NCBI GenBank assembly: GCA_002104905.1
Contig: MCFE01000510.1
Coordinates: 844 to 64,843 of the forward strand
Reading direction: 5' to 3'
Source: Basidiobolus meristosporus CBS 931.73
Taxonomy: Eukaryota > Fungi > Basidiobolomycota
Length of the DNA stretch: 64,000 nt
Part shown: piece after piece, positions 51,091-64,000 of the stretch
Position numbering within the stretch: position 1 is the first letter of the stretch
Layout of the letters: each line of letters starts with the position of its first letter
Position numbers and translations under genes: made by a program
Notes under the pieces: model-generated
Seen by the model: the letters and a program-made list of their open reading frames with translations, nothing else
Database searches by the model: none
What the model was told of the DNA's origin: nothing

Positions 51091-52479
51091 ATGGTAGTTG
51101 CAAACCTGTTGTTGCCTCATATCTGTTTTTAAGGTTCTGCAGCTATCAGCAGTTTTTGGCAGAGCAAATAAATTGTGGGGTTTTCACTCAATAACTTATA
51201 GAGTGTCAGATATTGTTTGTACTTTTTGATTGTTTTAGCAGACCAACTATATGCAGTATACCCAGAAATATATGTATATGAAGCTTGGGGCCAATTGAGT
51301 AGCTTTGAGACTTTTCATGTTCTGGGTTACAAATTCTACCTCTCAAAAAGTCTCAAAGTTGAAATTCTTGTTATAATGAAATAATAGTCTTTTGGTATTC
51401 TAATGATCTTTTGCTAACATTTGGCTTGTGTTTTCCTTCAAATTCTTAGTTCTAATTTCTTATGAAAGCAGTGAGGGCTGATTACCAGGTCTGATATGAA
51501 TGCCATTTGTTATAGTGTCCTGCTGAGAATATATCTGCTTGTTTTCTAAACGGCCAGTGCCAAAGATATCAAGAATTGTTGATTTGAAGAAACTTGAAAT
51601 TTGCCTGTTACTGAGCTAGGTAAATATCAATAAATAATTACAAAACTGTAGTAATATTAATGCATTGTTATGACAATTAGGTGTATTGGCTAATATGCTA
51701 GAAGCAATGTTCCAGAGAAGTCAGGTGAAATAGAGAAGCATGATAGGTGGGCAATCTAAGTAGTGAAGTCAAAGTCCCATATAAAGAATGCAGTATCTTT
51801 GAGCCAATAAAGGAACTCAAGCAGCTCTCAGAAATTGACAGGAATATAGCCACTTGCAATGTAAAAGCAGAGGGATATTTTTACTGGCCTTTTCTTAATT
51901 TTTTTTTCTTAGGGGCAGAATGCCAAGGCTTAATTGCATATATACTATAAGGCCATAAGACCGTATTTTATCATTGTCTCTTCATACAACCAATTGGGGA
52001 ACTTGATGAACAAATAGTAACACTTTGGCACATGCAATCTAAGCACAAATGTCTTGGTTTCAAAACAAAATTGTAAGAGATTGGCCAGCTTCCAGAACAA
52101 ATATCAATCTGCCGGTTATTTTGTAGCACATTAAGTCTTGCATGCATAGGAAGCATACAAGAACACCATTCAGAAGCAGTGGGTACCAAAACTGAGGGGA
52201 TAATGAATATAAATAGCTCAAGCCTCTTTGCAGATATATAAGATTAATTCTCAGGTATAAGAGAGTATTAAGTCAGATTAGCAGCAGTAGCAATAGGTAG
52301 TTTAACATTGAGCTCATGAAGAGAAAAATGATAACTGTCACAAAGTCATGATGGCAAGAACCTGCAAAAAGAATACACTATTACAATAAAGCAAAGATCC
52401 CTCAAGAAATTTATCCACTGCTGCCAAATAAATGGGACAATGCAAGACACAAATAAGCTATATTCTGCACAGAAATCAG

Positions 52480-53042
52480 TGTTGTAAGAGTCTTGGAGAT
52501 ATTGGAAGTTATTTGGGAGGTCAAGTAGATTATGCGGTTTTCACTGAATGATTTATTGAATATAAAAGTAGTATATATACTTTTACATGGTCTTGGCATA
52601 GAAGACATGTAGGATATGCTAAGGAAGGTCCCAAGAGCATGTGTGCAAAGCTTGGGGCTGTTTGGACAACATTGAGAATTTTCATGTTCTGGGTGTTGTA
52701 AGAGTCTTGGAGATATTGGAAGTGATTGGGAGAACAAGTAGATTTTGTGGTTTTCACTTAATGATTTATTGAATGTAAAAGTAGTATTTATACTTTTACA
52801 TGGTCTTGGCATAGAAGACATGTAGGATAGGCTAAGGAAGGTCCCAAGAGCATGTGTGCAAAGTTTGGGGCTGTTTGGACAACTTTGAGAATTTTCATGT
52901 TCTGGGTATCTGGTATTTTGGTGAAAATATTTTAAGTAAATCCCAACAAGGAATTTGGTTAGTATTCTTTAGGATTTGAGGGTAATGATCTAACTGACTA
53001 ATTTAGGTGGATATTTAGGTGGAATTACAAATTTTTACAACA
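52480..53042 (-). mobile_element. Solo Copia LTR with a tandem duplication of its 3' 214 bp
   Basis: A full LTR (53042-52694) plus a partial repeat (52693-52480). Both end TTACAACA on -, and the outer flanks are ATCAG/ACCAG (4/5 TSD match). Confidence 0.85.
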
Positions 53043-54169
53043 ACCAGAAATATAAGAATATGCAAACTGACTTGGTAGGTCAAGTAAAAGATGTAAGTTG
53101 TATTCCAAAATTGCATAATGATCTTAGCTACAATCAGTTCCCACTGCCATATATCTCAAGTGCAAGAGCCATTGAAGCATACATCTGAGTATTTTATAGC
53201 TTCATCTGATATCTGCTTGAGGTGGACCTATGGAGACATAGAACAAGACTTTTTGGTGTATTCTGATTCAGTCTGAGAAAAAATATTGATGTGAGAAGCT
53301 CCAATATTGATGCCTAGTAAGTGATTGTAAGGGAGCAATATTAGGAGATTCAAATGAGCATGTAGAATAGACTTTTTCATCTACACAGAAAGTATGAGTG
53401 GCTACCTGTGAGTGTTGTGCATCAACATTTAAAGCTTGGCCAGTTTACTAAGTTAAAATCTGACACCCTTGAGGATTTTCCCTGACCCAAGCATAACTAA
53501 TCCCAGTACCAGTTTATTTTATCCTGTCTTGGAATCTGTTTTTATTTGTCACACCTGATCAACTCTCATGGGGTCTTAGGTCATCAACTGATCTGCCAAG
53601 CCTTCCCAGGTGATTAGTGATCTGAGATCTATCCAACTGCCTAGTAGCTGCCAGATCATTAGCAGATTGATGAAGCAATTCTCTTATATCTCATGCACCA
53701 AACAACACCTGTATTGATTTCAATTAATCCAGTCTCTTGGCACATACTGGTTGAACTTGATCAGAAAGTATAAACAAAGTTTACTAAAATTTTTGGTTTA
53801 GTGTGTTTTTCACCAAGATCAAGATTGTGTCCCAGCAAAATTAAGAATTCAACAACTCTGGTCTGCTTCAATCCAAGCTTAGAATGTCTAGGACTCCTAA
53901 GAATACTAAGCCTAGTCTGCAGAGTAAACCAACACCAGAGCCTTTATAGCTAAAACTAGCTATATCCAAGACTAATATTAGACTAGAGCCTTTCTGCTAA
54001 TATTTTGCCACCCACTGACAATTCTAACATTTGGCACTCAACTGTCTCTTTGGTTCACTTATACCATTCATGAGTACTAATACATATCTCTCTTGGATAC
54101 AACAGTGAGACTATTTAGGAGTAATATAGCCAAGGTTACTACTTATAAATATTGGTTTATGCCATATCC

Positions 54170-54515
54170 CCCTATACAAATATCTCAGCCCTTTTAAAAG
54201 ATGCTAAACTTTGAGCTCATTGATTGATCTGCAGATATTTCACTAGTCATCAAATGGTAGATCATTGGGATTTGGCTTGAGATTTTCTTTCTACTTAATG
54301 GCTACAATTCTTGGTGAAAGTAGTCAGTAGATGGTTACCAAATTTGGTATGAATGCTGGTAGGCCAAGCCTCCACCTGGAAATACTTCTGCCTATCTGCC
54401 AATTAAATAATATCTGAGATATTGAAAGTTGTAAGCTAACAGAAACTCTGAATTTAGTTAATATTATGGCAGTATCCTGCTAGCCTTATTTTTGTTTTTT
54501 TTTCTCAGTCTAGGG
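54170..54515 (+). mobile_element. Older diverged copy of the CACTA MITE
   Basis: CCCTA...TAGGG ends. The internal GGTATGAATG..GGCC.AG.CTCCACCTGGA..GAGATATTGA..AGAAACT..GAATTTAG matches 22190-22310. Confidence 0.6.
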
Positions 54516-57500
54516 CAACCAAGGATGCAAAGTGCTTGATAGAAATCCAACTCATCATGCTGCAATCAACAATGCAGATACTAGGCATCTTTTTATATAG
54601 GTAGCTCATGGAGGATATCTTGATTAAATATGTTAATTGGCTTATCAATCAAGTAATTGCACACTTATTTTAAGACCAGTAGGTAGAGAGCTACTAGTAT
54701 ATCCTAGGTTGCAATTGGCTCAACTCAGTATTGATATTGAATAGAACTGTAGTGTTGAAATTTATGTAGTAAAACTTGCTGGTTTCCCTGGCTTTGTTAG
54801 TCAGAATATGGTATAAAGCAATTTGAATATACTGCAAAACTCCTTATTGAGATTTGCCCTTATTAGCTGACCAGATGAGAAGGTACCTTGCATGTAAGAA
54901 AGTGCAAGGTTCCACCAAGTACCTCTCTGCTTGCACATATCCACCTTTGACTTTTCTAAATATACTCAACAAGCTAGCTCTGCCAGAAACATGTAAATGC
55001 ATGAATACCACTTTGGCATTTTTTGTATCTGCAAGAGTGAGCCATATGGCAAACTTGTTTCACCAACCGCTTCCTATTTCTGCAAACTACTAGAGCACTA
55101 CTTTTAAACTGAAGAATTTGGACTGATACAGATATAATGTCATAGAAATCTTGCAGGTAAGTACATCCTGGTGCTGTAATATATCTGGATCTTTGACACA
55201 ATGGATCAATGCCAATTTGTATCAAGGCTTTGAAGCCTTCCAGTGACAGTAATAGTGGCACTCATAGCTTGCTGCAGCATCTTGGAAAGTATAAACATCA
55301 ATCACAAGAGTTACAGGAATTCCATCATTTGCTCAGTATTGGAATCACACAGGTTATTCAGGTTCTTGAACATTATTGAAAATCTTGGAAATTTTCAGTC
55401 TAAAAAAACTTCAGTTATTAGCTGATGTGGTACCAGCTGAATTTCAAGTTTTTTAAGATTTAGTAATATACTATTCAGAATCCTGATATATTGCAATGGC
55501 TTGTTTGTTGGCTATATCCCTGTGAGAAATCTCATACTTGGAGTTCATTTGAGAATACATTGCTATTCTGCTTACACTCTGATGGTATTTTGCTGGCATT
55601 CTGCTGGTGTTTTCTCTTTTAGCATTTAACTAAAATTCATTGCTGAACAAATTTAAAGCTAATCACCAAGTTTAGTGTTCACACTACTTAGACAAGTTTC
55701 CTTCTAGCAAATGTGGCATTTGTTTTGTCTGTTAAACAGAAGGTACCTCAAATATTGAGAGTTGTAATATTAGAAAACCTTGGAGATCAAGTGACATTGC
55801 ATGGGTGCTCTACTAGCCTTTAGTTAATTATCCTTCACAGGGTACATCACATTCATTGTCTCCAATAGTGTGGTATAACTTGCTGTTAACCTGAGTACAA
55901 TGTGGATCAAGATATGAAGCTTTGCATCATAGTTTGGGATGCACTAGTACTCTGTCATACTCTGACTAGCCAAGATGGTATAACAATCAAGTTACAATAT
56001 TCTATTCTAGCTTATCAAGACCAGAGAATCTGAGCTGTTAATCTGACAGTCTTCCATAGACATATGAAGAGTCATATACTAAGCTCCTACTTAAATTTTG
56101 AGACAAAATCTTGGAACCCCACTATTAACCTACACAAGGGTAACTTTCTCCACCATATCAGAAGCTTGCATTCATGCACACTCCTACATATCAACCAGTA
56201 AGTTCAAACACTTGATTGGGTAGTTCATCTATGCTGAAAATATGTAGCTCACACTAATATATGTCATATACCTTAGAATTCAATAGTTCTTGTTGCTAAG
56301 ATTTCAGTGGTTAGCTCAAAATTTAGATTTGAGTTATGTCTAGTTCTTAGAAATCTTAGCATAAGAGAGAGTCAGCTTTACCTTGATGTATTGAACTGAA
56401 ACAACAAATTTGAGCATTTTGCCAAGCATTGCTACAGTTATGCAAGGTGTGGTGAGGGCTGAATATGCAGTTGCAAGCTATTTGCATAAGATGTTGTGAT
56501 GGTTTCTAATACTATACAATGGAAGAATGAGGATGGACTAAGTTACTGGGGTAGATCCAATATTCTGACCATTAGCCTAGTAAAAAAGCATGTACATGAG
56601 CTGGTGTCATACTAGCTAATTGCAACAGCAAATATCTAGTTTATTGCCTAGTCCAAAGCACTAACCAGATGTCAATTACAAATATCATTAATTTAGGAAT
56701 CAATAAGTACCTTTGAACATCGACTAATGGCTGACTAATACGCAGGTTTCAACTCTAAACACTGTGCAAGATACTGCTGCTTTTCATGAAAAGTTATTTG
56801 ATGCATAATATGTCTCAGAATTGGTGAGTGCTCATTTGTAATCTCCCACCGGAAGAGCCCGTGTGGCAAAAGTTTCAACTCCCCTACCTCATAGCAGACC
56901 AGCCTGGCCAATATTCAATCAAGCCCCAACTGGACGCAATCTGCAGTTGATGAATAGGCCAATCTCACTTCGGGTGAAGATTATGCCGAAAATCAAGGGT
57001 ACCTTGACCACATCTGAGTTTATGTCAGATTCAGATACAGTCAACCTCTGCGCCACGACATTTACGTAAGTACCATATTAGCAGATACATGTGGCTGCAA
57101 TGGTTCAAGGAGATGGCATGGTTGGTACGTTGAGACACCCACTTTACATTGGTTTCTGGTCAACCCAAATTGCTTGGTCATCCATCACTTGCTTCCGTAG
57201 TCACATTGAGCCGGTTATGGTCGGGAAGATAATTGATTCGATAATCAATCATCACAATTCATGATTGATCTCAGCTTGAGTGCTTTGGCTGTTACGCAAA
57301 TCCATCAACCAGTTCCTAGAACATTATGATCTAATGGCATGAGAGAGATTCCAAAATCGATTGAACCCTGTGACCATCTTCCTCGGTCATTTTGGACGGA
57401 GTCGGGGGAGGGTCAGCTGAGACCATGCGGCCCGCTATTTGAGGATATATATCAATTCCCTTAAATAGATCCTGACCAGGTCAATGCCAATCCCGGTTTG

Positions 57501-60299
57501 TCCGGAATGATCCGGACAGCGAGGCGAGCCGTTCTTACGACCTCCATTATCATTTGCTGAATCTTATACACTCTGTATGAGTGGACTGCATACCAAACCC
57601 TAAGCCAATTTGTGTGACCACGGAAGCAGCTATTATACAACCCTCCGATATACTCAAAATCGCCCCGCTCATTGCCGGCCTATTGCCATCTCATCCGTTA
57701 GTAAGATAACGGGGCCGGTTTGTCATCAAGGTACATTAGCTCCAGATACCATCAGGTGACGGATCCATGCGCACATTATGAAGACGAAGAGGAAGAAGTA
57801 ACAATTGCACAACATTCGATTCCCCGTTTCCAGTATCTGTATCAAACACACCAGGTGATTAGTTTACATGTAAAAGTTCCTGGCATATCCACTGCCAAAA
57901 CCATTATATTTCTTGATGACTGGATCCAGCCAGTAGCACAGATTCTGCGATAAATCCAACCTTTAGGAATACACTAGCGCCCGCACATACTGAAGTGCGG
58001 ATCCGAGGATCTTATGGAGAGGGTTGGGACCACGGCTGCCAGGTATCCGATCGTACTGCTGACTTGACTAATATCCGTGGCTTGCTGAATAGTTTTAGCC
58101 AATGCATTCAAAGCAATGACTAATCACGGGGCACTGTTGTGATAGCTATAATGGCACCATTCATATACATGGTGCTATGATACGATACGTGGGTTAGAGT
58201 TTGAGAAAGAGAGGGCCATCTGACGCATCCACCACCCTAGTGGATTGCTGTGGCTAGCTCGCTGTCTGAACGATTCCCCATACCGGAGCCATTTGAAAAG
58301 CACCAAACGTCCCTTTGTCCCACGCAGCCTGTATTGCAAGTGCCGCGGTTTTCATCTAATCGGAAATTCGAGTCCCTCCATCAGCTAGCTTGCTGGTGTC
58401 AATGATCATAAGCTTGCATCAATGTAGTTGTGGCCACAGCTGCATTACCGATGCCGTATATTCTATAACAAACTCTTCCGTGATGAAGGGCAGGCTCCGA
58501 ACCTTCCCCTGTTCCAATTTTGGCATTGGGTGATTCAGGTATCCCAGCGCCATCTGGTATCCATTGAAAATTTATGCAGTGAGCCTAGCAGATTGTGATA
58601 CCATATAAATTTATGCTCTATTCAATATCACAGAACATGATTAGCAGATGCAGTGGTACCCTTCTTGGTCATTGTGAACGAGGCTGATTCATCGATTCCA
58701 TCAGATGACCCTCTACGTACTGAACCAGATGAAATACTTGTTTCGAGCCTTTCGTTCCAGTCCCATGATCACCAGGCACCTCAACATTGAACTGCCATGT
58801 TAACTGGGTTTCCATACTTGGTGGTGATCCTGAACATATGTGTGGTAACTGGCTCTGATCCACATTGCCACCACCCTGTTGCATTGTAAACAAGCCTGCA
58901 TTCTGTTCTACCGCGTAGAAAACACTATGCGGCCTTGACCAACTCATTTAGTTCTGGACGATACGCATCAGTGTTATGTGGGGAGTGATTCTGAATCAAT
59001 GGCCGCACCACTTCCGTAATTCTCCAGTACGATAAAATCTCCTAACAATACCCTGCAGGGGAATGGAATGCCGTGTACAAGTTGGGAATATTATATTCCG
59101 GATCTAGGCCGCCAGCTGCTGACTCTCTTCACCCACTATGCTGCTGTCGAATCTTCGTGAGATACATGGAGATTTGATTGAAAATGGCCGTGATCAACCA
59201 ACAATGGAAGAGTTCACGGTTTAGCAATGCTGGCCGGAACTATCTGGAATAAGAGTAACGAGCCCTGGCTTTGTGCACCAACTGGCCACCCATTAAGAAA
59301 TTCGGCAAAGCAAAAAAGGCTAGTTCGGCGAACCCGCAAATTTAATCAGTTGATCCTAAATGAACTCGGCAATTCAGCCAACAATTGTTGATGTCCATTC
59401 TTAGCATGTTTGCCAAGCGATAGTGTAGGTGTCGGTGTGGTATTCCCACCAACGACAAAAGACGGCGTCAAACGCATCTAATGCGGTTCAGTCTTCACTA
59501 GCACATGCCAGCACATCAACCAAGGATCCGAGAGACGCTGGAGCAAGGCAGCGGAAGACGCATTAAAACTTTATCTGATAGATCTGGCGCCATTCAATGC
59601 AGCAGCTCTGTGGAATGCAACTCACTTGTGTATTTGAGGGGTGTATACTGAGATGCAAATTTATGGAGTATTGTGGTGAAGCGTACATCCAGCTATCGTC
59701 GCATTACCTATCTTCGAGTGTTTCATTGTTTCTGTGGCCGCATTATCATTCAGATAGGGATTTGGCAATCAAATGACTTATCAGCCAAAGCCTCTACCAA
59801 CGCGGCCTGCCGTGCCATTGGTGAGCTTAAATGAAAGGCTGCTGTAAAATCGGATCCCTGCTCCTCTTGGTTTCTGAAACGGATATTTTCATATATGTGG
59901 GCACCTGACTTCATCACACCACCCCTCATTCATCAGATCCTGATCACTTGGATTTGGAATCCTATCTTCGGTTGAAATTTGAGAATTGGCACAATCTCGC
60001 CTCTAAAATGGATTGTATGGTGATCAAGCAACCCGTAGCCCAAGCGGCCGAAAATTATATAAACTCTTGCCAACCCCGCAAATAACATCAATTTGCTCAC
60101 TCGGAATTTCTTCCGTTTTTCGTTCACCCGTCCTTGCTATTTATCGGCCCCACTGCCTAATCTAATCCATAATCAACTGCGCTTGCCGATTTCGCAACCT
60201 GGATTTTTACCTATCATTCTTGAATCGCCCTGTCCCCTCCTTACTACCACGCCTACCCTCCCGGCTACAAGAGATCTTTAATCCCAACCAATTGGCAAA

Positions 60300-61441
60300 A
60301 TGTCTTATCGTCGTCAGTACATCGAGTCGAGCACAGCTGCCAAGAACAGGATTAGCTCGAAGGAGGCGTTGCTGCTGTCGCAGTACTCTAACATCATGGC
60401 TAATCTCGACTCCTTAACCCTGAAGCAGGACGGTTACCGGACAACGAAGCGAGCCTCAAGCATACCATTGCCTAATAAACAAATCACCGAGAAGTTGGCA
60501 GTAAATCAGGTTGTGGACAAGTTTGTCTCCGCCTCACTCTCCAGAATCGCCCATCACTCCAATGGCCGCAAAGCTGCGCGTCACGAGGCCCCGTTTGACG
60601 GCGTCGAGCTTGACTTCCCCACGGTCAAATCACCCTACGACATCAGTCCCGTGGATGGGAATCTAGAGCAACCCTCATTTGACGCCTTGAATAACATTCC
60701 TCTAGCTACCTTTTCGTACCACGAGATCCCATTCGAGGATGAAGATTTACTTCCCAATTACACCCAAGACTTGCCATGCTCACCACCACCTCCCTATCCA
60801 AGTAGTGAATATCCGTTTATGAAACAGACCCCAAGCTCCGATGCACCCAGGAAGGAGGGTTGGCTTGTATTGGTTGAGGCTAGAAAAGCCATGTGTACCA
60901 AATTCCCCCCCACCCAAGTACTGTACACCAAATATGTTAATGAACTGATGAATAGCCGCCCGAGAGTAGATGGAAGACCATCTCGGATCTCCACCAACAC
61001 GAGGCGCCTCGTAAAAGACCCACATGGTATCTGCTGGCCATTGAGGGGTGAGAGAAGAAACCGAAAGTACCATTTCGATAATTTTCTCCCACCCAGAATA
61101 TCTGGTGCACGTGAAATCAGATCCAATAAAGATCAAATGCGAATTATGGCTTTGGAAGCGAGCATGCAGAAAGGTAAATTCCCCAATATCCACCGCCACT
61201 TTCTGCCCATTAACTAACCATCTCCCTAGCCGACAAGATCAGCACTCCATTGAGGTCACGGTTTTCGCTTCCTAAACGCGCAGGCAAGTTTACGGCCAAC
61301 ATCCCAAGTCGCTTACGTAACTCAAGCACCTTGGAAGATCTTGTGTGGGAAACGTATTACGACGAATTGAACTCCATCAACACCGCACCGGCCCACAAAT
61401 CCTCTAGCTTTAATGTGTTAAACTTCGACCCTGATGCGTAG
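60300..61441 (+). CDS. 361-aa protein of unknown function (2 exons)
   Basis: Intron 61174-61229 (GT..ACTAAC..TAG) joins ORFs 60300..61217 and 61250..61441 in frame. Contains PPPPY and a basic C-terminal block RIMALEASMQKADKISTPLRSRFSLPKR. Confidence 0.8.
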
Positions 61442-62249
61442 CCGAAGCACCCATACTACACGCAACTCAGCATAAATCCGACCATTGTACAAAACACTCA
61501 CCCACCCCTGCTAACGCCTCTCCGATGTAAATGTTTATGTTCTATAATACTCAGCCTTGTATGGGTTGATACCATGACAAGAAATTACCGTAATACGCCT
61601 CAAATAAAACTGTCATTTTGTACAACCAAAAAGGGATACACCAGTTCTGATATATTGAGCGGAGCCACGTAAAGTGGTATTTTCTTGATAACTTTTTAGA
61701 ATATCGGGATGAGCCACCTCTTTATCAAGCAGTTGACTAAAAGAACCTATCATGGTTGCTCTATGCTGCCTATCCCAGAAATCGTGATCTTACTAGGCTG
61801 ACCACCATATGGGCTTAAAGTCCATGGAGCATCCAGGTAAATAGGGGGGTTCCTTTATTCACCAAGAATATTTCTGGTGAAAAATGTAAGACAACCTTTG
61901 AGATGTAAGGGATAAATTGTGAAGCCGTACATTTTGAATGGACGTATACGCAGGTATTGTCGCCTAATAATAGGCATCTCATAGTGCTCCCTGTTGTAAA
62001 TGTGTTTCAAGGTGCCTCAAGAACTTGGGTAATGGGATAGTATTCCTATTATATGTAAGCCATGTAACAAGGTTTACTTGCTTCTATCCCCGAATCAATG
62101 GATGTAGATTTAGAATATAATCCCGTTGACTACTTTTGCAGCAAGTGATACAGGAATAATGCGCAGCAGTGGGTCTGGCCTCTATTGTTTAAGCTTGTTG
62201 CATGGCATCTAGTTGATTTTTACAAGAAACCAATATTCCACGTTAACTC

Positions 62250-62830
62250 CTAGGTTATGACATTGTCCAGGAGTAGCTTTCTGGTAGTTGCTACATACAC
62301 TTCACCAAAAGCTCTATAAAAAATATCACCAGTGTAATTCATCCAATAATTACTAGTATTATCATAGAATCTTGCAGGCATTTGGCTGATATTTTCTTGC
62401 AGATTTTTAGTTGTGAATCTTTGTGCAAGTAGTAGATGGCTTACTACTAAGTTTAGTATGAATTCCACTACTAGCCTAGCCTTGTGCAGACTTCTGGATG
62501 GCTGGAGCTTCACCAGGAAGGAAGTTCTAAGAAGAATTAACAGGATATGATATGGGTAGAAATCAAGATCCCATTTACTGCATACACCTCAGACAAGTCA
62601 GGGACTAGGGCATAAATGATATGATTGAGGAGCTTACCTAATTAGTGAAGGTTGCAGGTGGAGAGTGCATTAAGGTAAACACTAACATCAAGCAGAGCAA
62701 CTACATATTGCTTCAACAAAAGGGATATTCTCTGGGCTGCAGTATTGGGACCTACTGCATTGAGAATCTTATATAAGGCCTGTCTGGCTAGAGCAGTTGG
62801 ATTTGATATATGTAACAATGCACTGACACT
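62250..62830 (-). pseudogene. Older degenerate non-LTR (LINE-like) retroelement fragment
   Basis: ARQALYKIL..G...QRISLLLKQYVVALLDVSV..LGKLLNHIIYALVPDL..LLILLRT is colinear with the terminal element (VLEFGL..LDKFAVWCITSLVPHL..RLLYLRT) and with the post-RT region of LINEs. Confidence 0.5.
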
Positions 62831-63097
62831 CCAGAGAACCTAGGAAGACAAAGATATAGAGTAGTCTGCTTAGGTTCAATGGGTGCAATTTGAGCTGTAG
62901 GTAAGTAGCCTGTTATATCCAAGAGGAAAGTGTAATACAACTCTTGAATGGTTCAACTGAACATAAGTGACAACTAAGTGCAGAATCTTAGAATTGCCAG
63001 AGAGTGGTGGAAATTTTAGCTGAAAAATTTTGATAAAATATTGGTATTGTATATAGCTGGACTTGGCTAAAAAGGCAACAGAATTGGTTAGGGGGGG

Positions 63098-63739
63098 AGA
63101 CAGTCACCAACAGGTGAAATCTTTATTTCAGTAGAAACAAAGAAGCCAGTGCTACTGTTGTAGCTTTGATACAAGAGTGTGTAGCTGAGGGGAATTTGTA
63201 GGTAAGTTAATAAGAAGTGATGATAGTTCTTCAGTGCTCAAGACACTGCTCAGTGGGAAGGGGGGTAGCAAGAGAGGTAAGAATGACTTGTGAACAACAT
63301 TAATGAGGGGAATGTGATAAGGATTGATATTCATCATAAAGGGAGTGTGCTGCTGCAGATATTGCTGCCAAAGGTCTGTCAAGTACTTCAGGTAGGCCAG
63401 CTTGGGTTTTTCTGACTGCAGAATATAGTGAGCAAACTTCTTGACTTCAGGATCTCCAAGTATAGTTCTCCAGCAGGAGTCAGGTGTTGTGTGGTGTGTT
63501 CTCTTCCAGGCCTTAATCAGTGGGTTGTTGCAGTTGTGAAGTCTGAGGTATAATCTGGTTCTAAGGTAGAGAAGTCTGATCTTATAGGGCATAAACCCAA
63601 AAGCACCAAGAATAGCATGTCTGTAGGGGCATTCAGGCAAATGAGGCACCAAGGAGGTAATGCACCATACTGCAAACTTGTCAAGCTTAGTGCAGTCTCT
63701 AGAAGTAAGAGAGAGAAGTGGTAAGCCAAATTCCAGGAC
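63098..63739 (-). mobile_element. 5'-truncated non-LTR (LINE-like) retroelement abutting the telomere
   Basis: An open 195-codon frame runs from 63739 to a stop at 63152: VLEFGLPLLSLTSRDCTKLDKF..CITSL..AILGAFGFMPYKIRLLYLRTRLYLRL. It resembles the RPxLEYG-initiated region after LINE RT domains. AATAAA on - at 63122-63127. Confidence 0.7.
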
Positions 63740-64000
63740 TTAGGGTTAGGGTTAGGGTTAGGGTTAGGGTTAGGGTTAGGGTTAGGGTTAGGGTTAGGGT
63801 TAGGGTTAGGGTTAGGGTTAGGGTTAGGGTTAGGGTTAGGGTTAGGGTTAGGGTTAGGGTTAGGGTTAGGGTTAGGGTTAGGGTTAGGGTTAGGGTTAGG
63901 GTTAGGGTTAGGGTTAGGGTTAGGGTTAGGGTTAGGGTTAGGGTTAGGGTTAGGGTTAGGGTTAGGGTTAGGGTTAGGTTAGGGTTAGGGTTAGGTTAGG
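63740..64000 (+). repeat. Telomere (TTAGGG)n, about 43 units
   Basis: Read directly from the sequence, with a few TTAGG variants near the end. Confidence 0.99.

Noticed and set aside
62000-62250. Telomere-linked RecQ helicase, expected at fungal chromosome ends
   Set aside because: No helicase motifs (DEAH, QESGRAGRDG) found in any frame.
63718-63999. ORF encoding (VR)n
   Set aside because: It is a translation of the TTAGGG telomere, not a gene.
1-64000. tRNA, rRNA or CRISPR arrays
   Set aside because: No tRNA cloverleaf/T-loop consensus, rRNA-like segment or repeat-spacer array was seen.

Overview
This window is the right end of a fungal chromosome, ending in about 43 TTAGGG repeats. Short GT-AG introns with CTAAC/CTGAC branch sites and the gene set suggest an early-diverging fungus (inference). 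It alternates between two compartments. CpG-poor repeat blocks lie at about 1-24,100, 48,700-56,700 and 62,200-63,740. They hold nested Ty3/Gypsy elements and solo LTRs, a CMC/CACTA element with its MITE family, an ISL2EU/Harbinger-type transposase, Ty1/Copia remnants and LINE fragments. CpG-normal gene islands lie at about 24,200-48,700 and 56,700-62,000. Spliced genes rebuilt by hand: a 136-aa conserved unknown protein, kinesin-5 (with an 11-nt microexon), a penta-EF-hand protein, a FAM72-like Zn-binding protein, a Spo7-like protein, a secreted protein with two 6-Cys repeats, an RBMS/MSSP-like double-RRM protein, a 59-aa secreted prepro-peptide and a 361-aa unknown protein. The most striking structure is the chromosome tip. 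There the telomere is fused directly onto an open, 5'-truncated LINE-like frame. That element's 3' end sits on a GGTTAGGG remnant, and an older copy in the same orientation lies just proximal to it. All alignments and family assignments were made by eye and from memory, without database searches.
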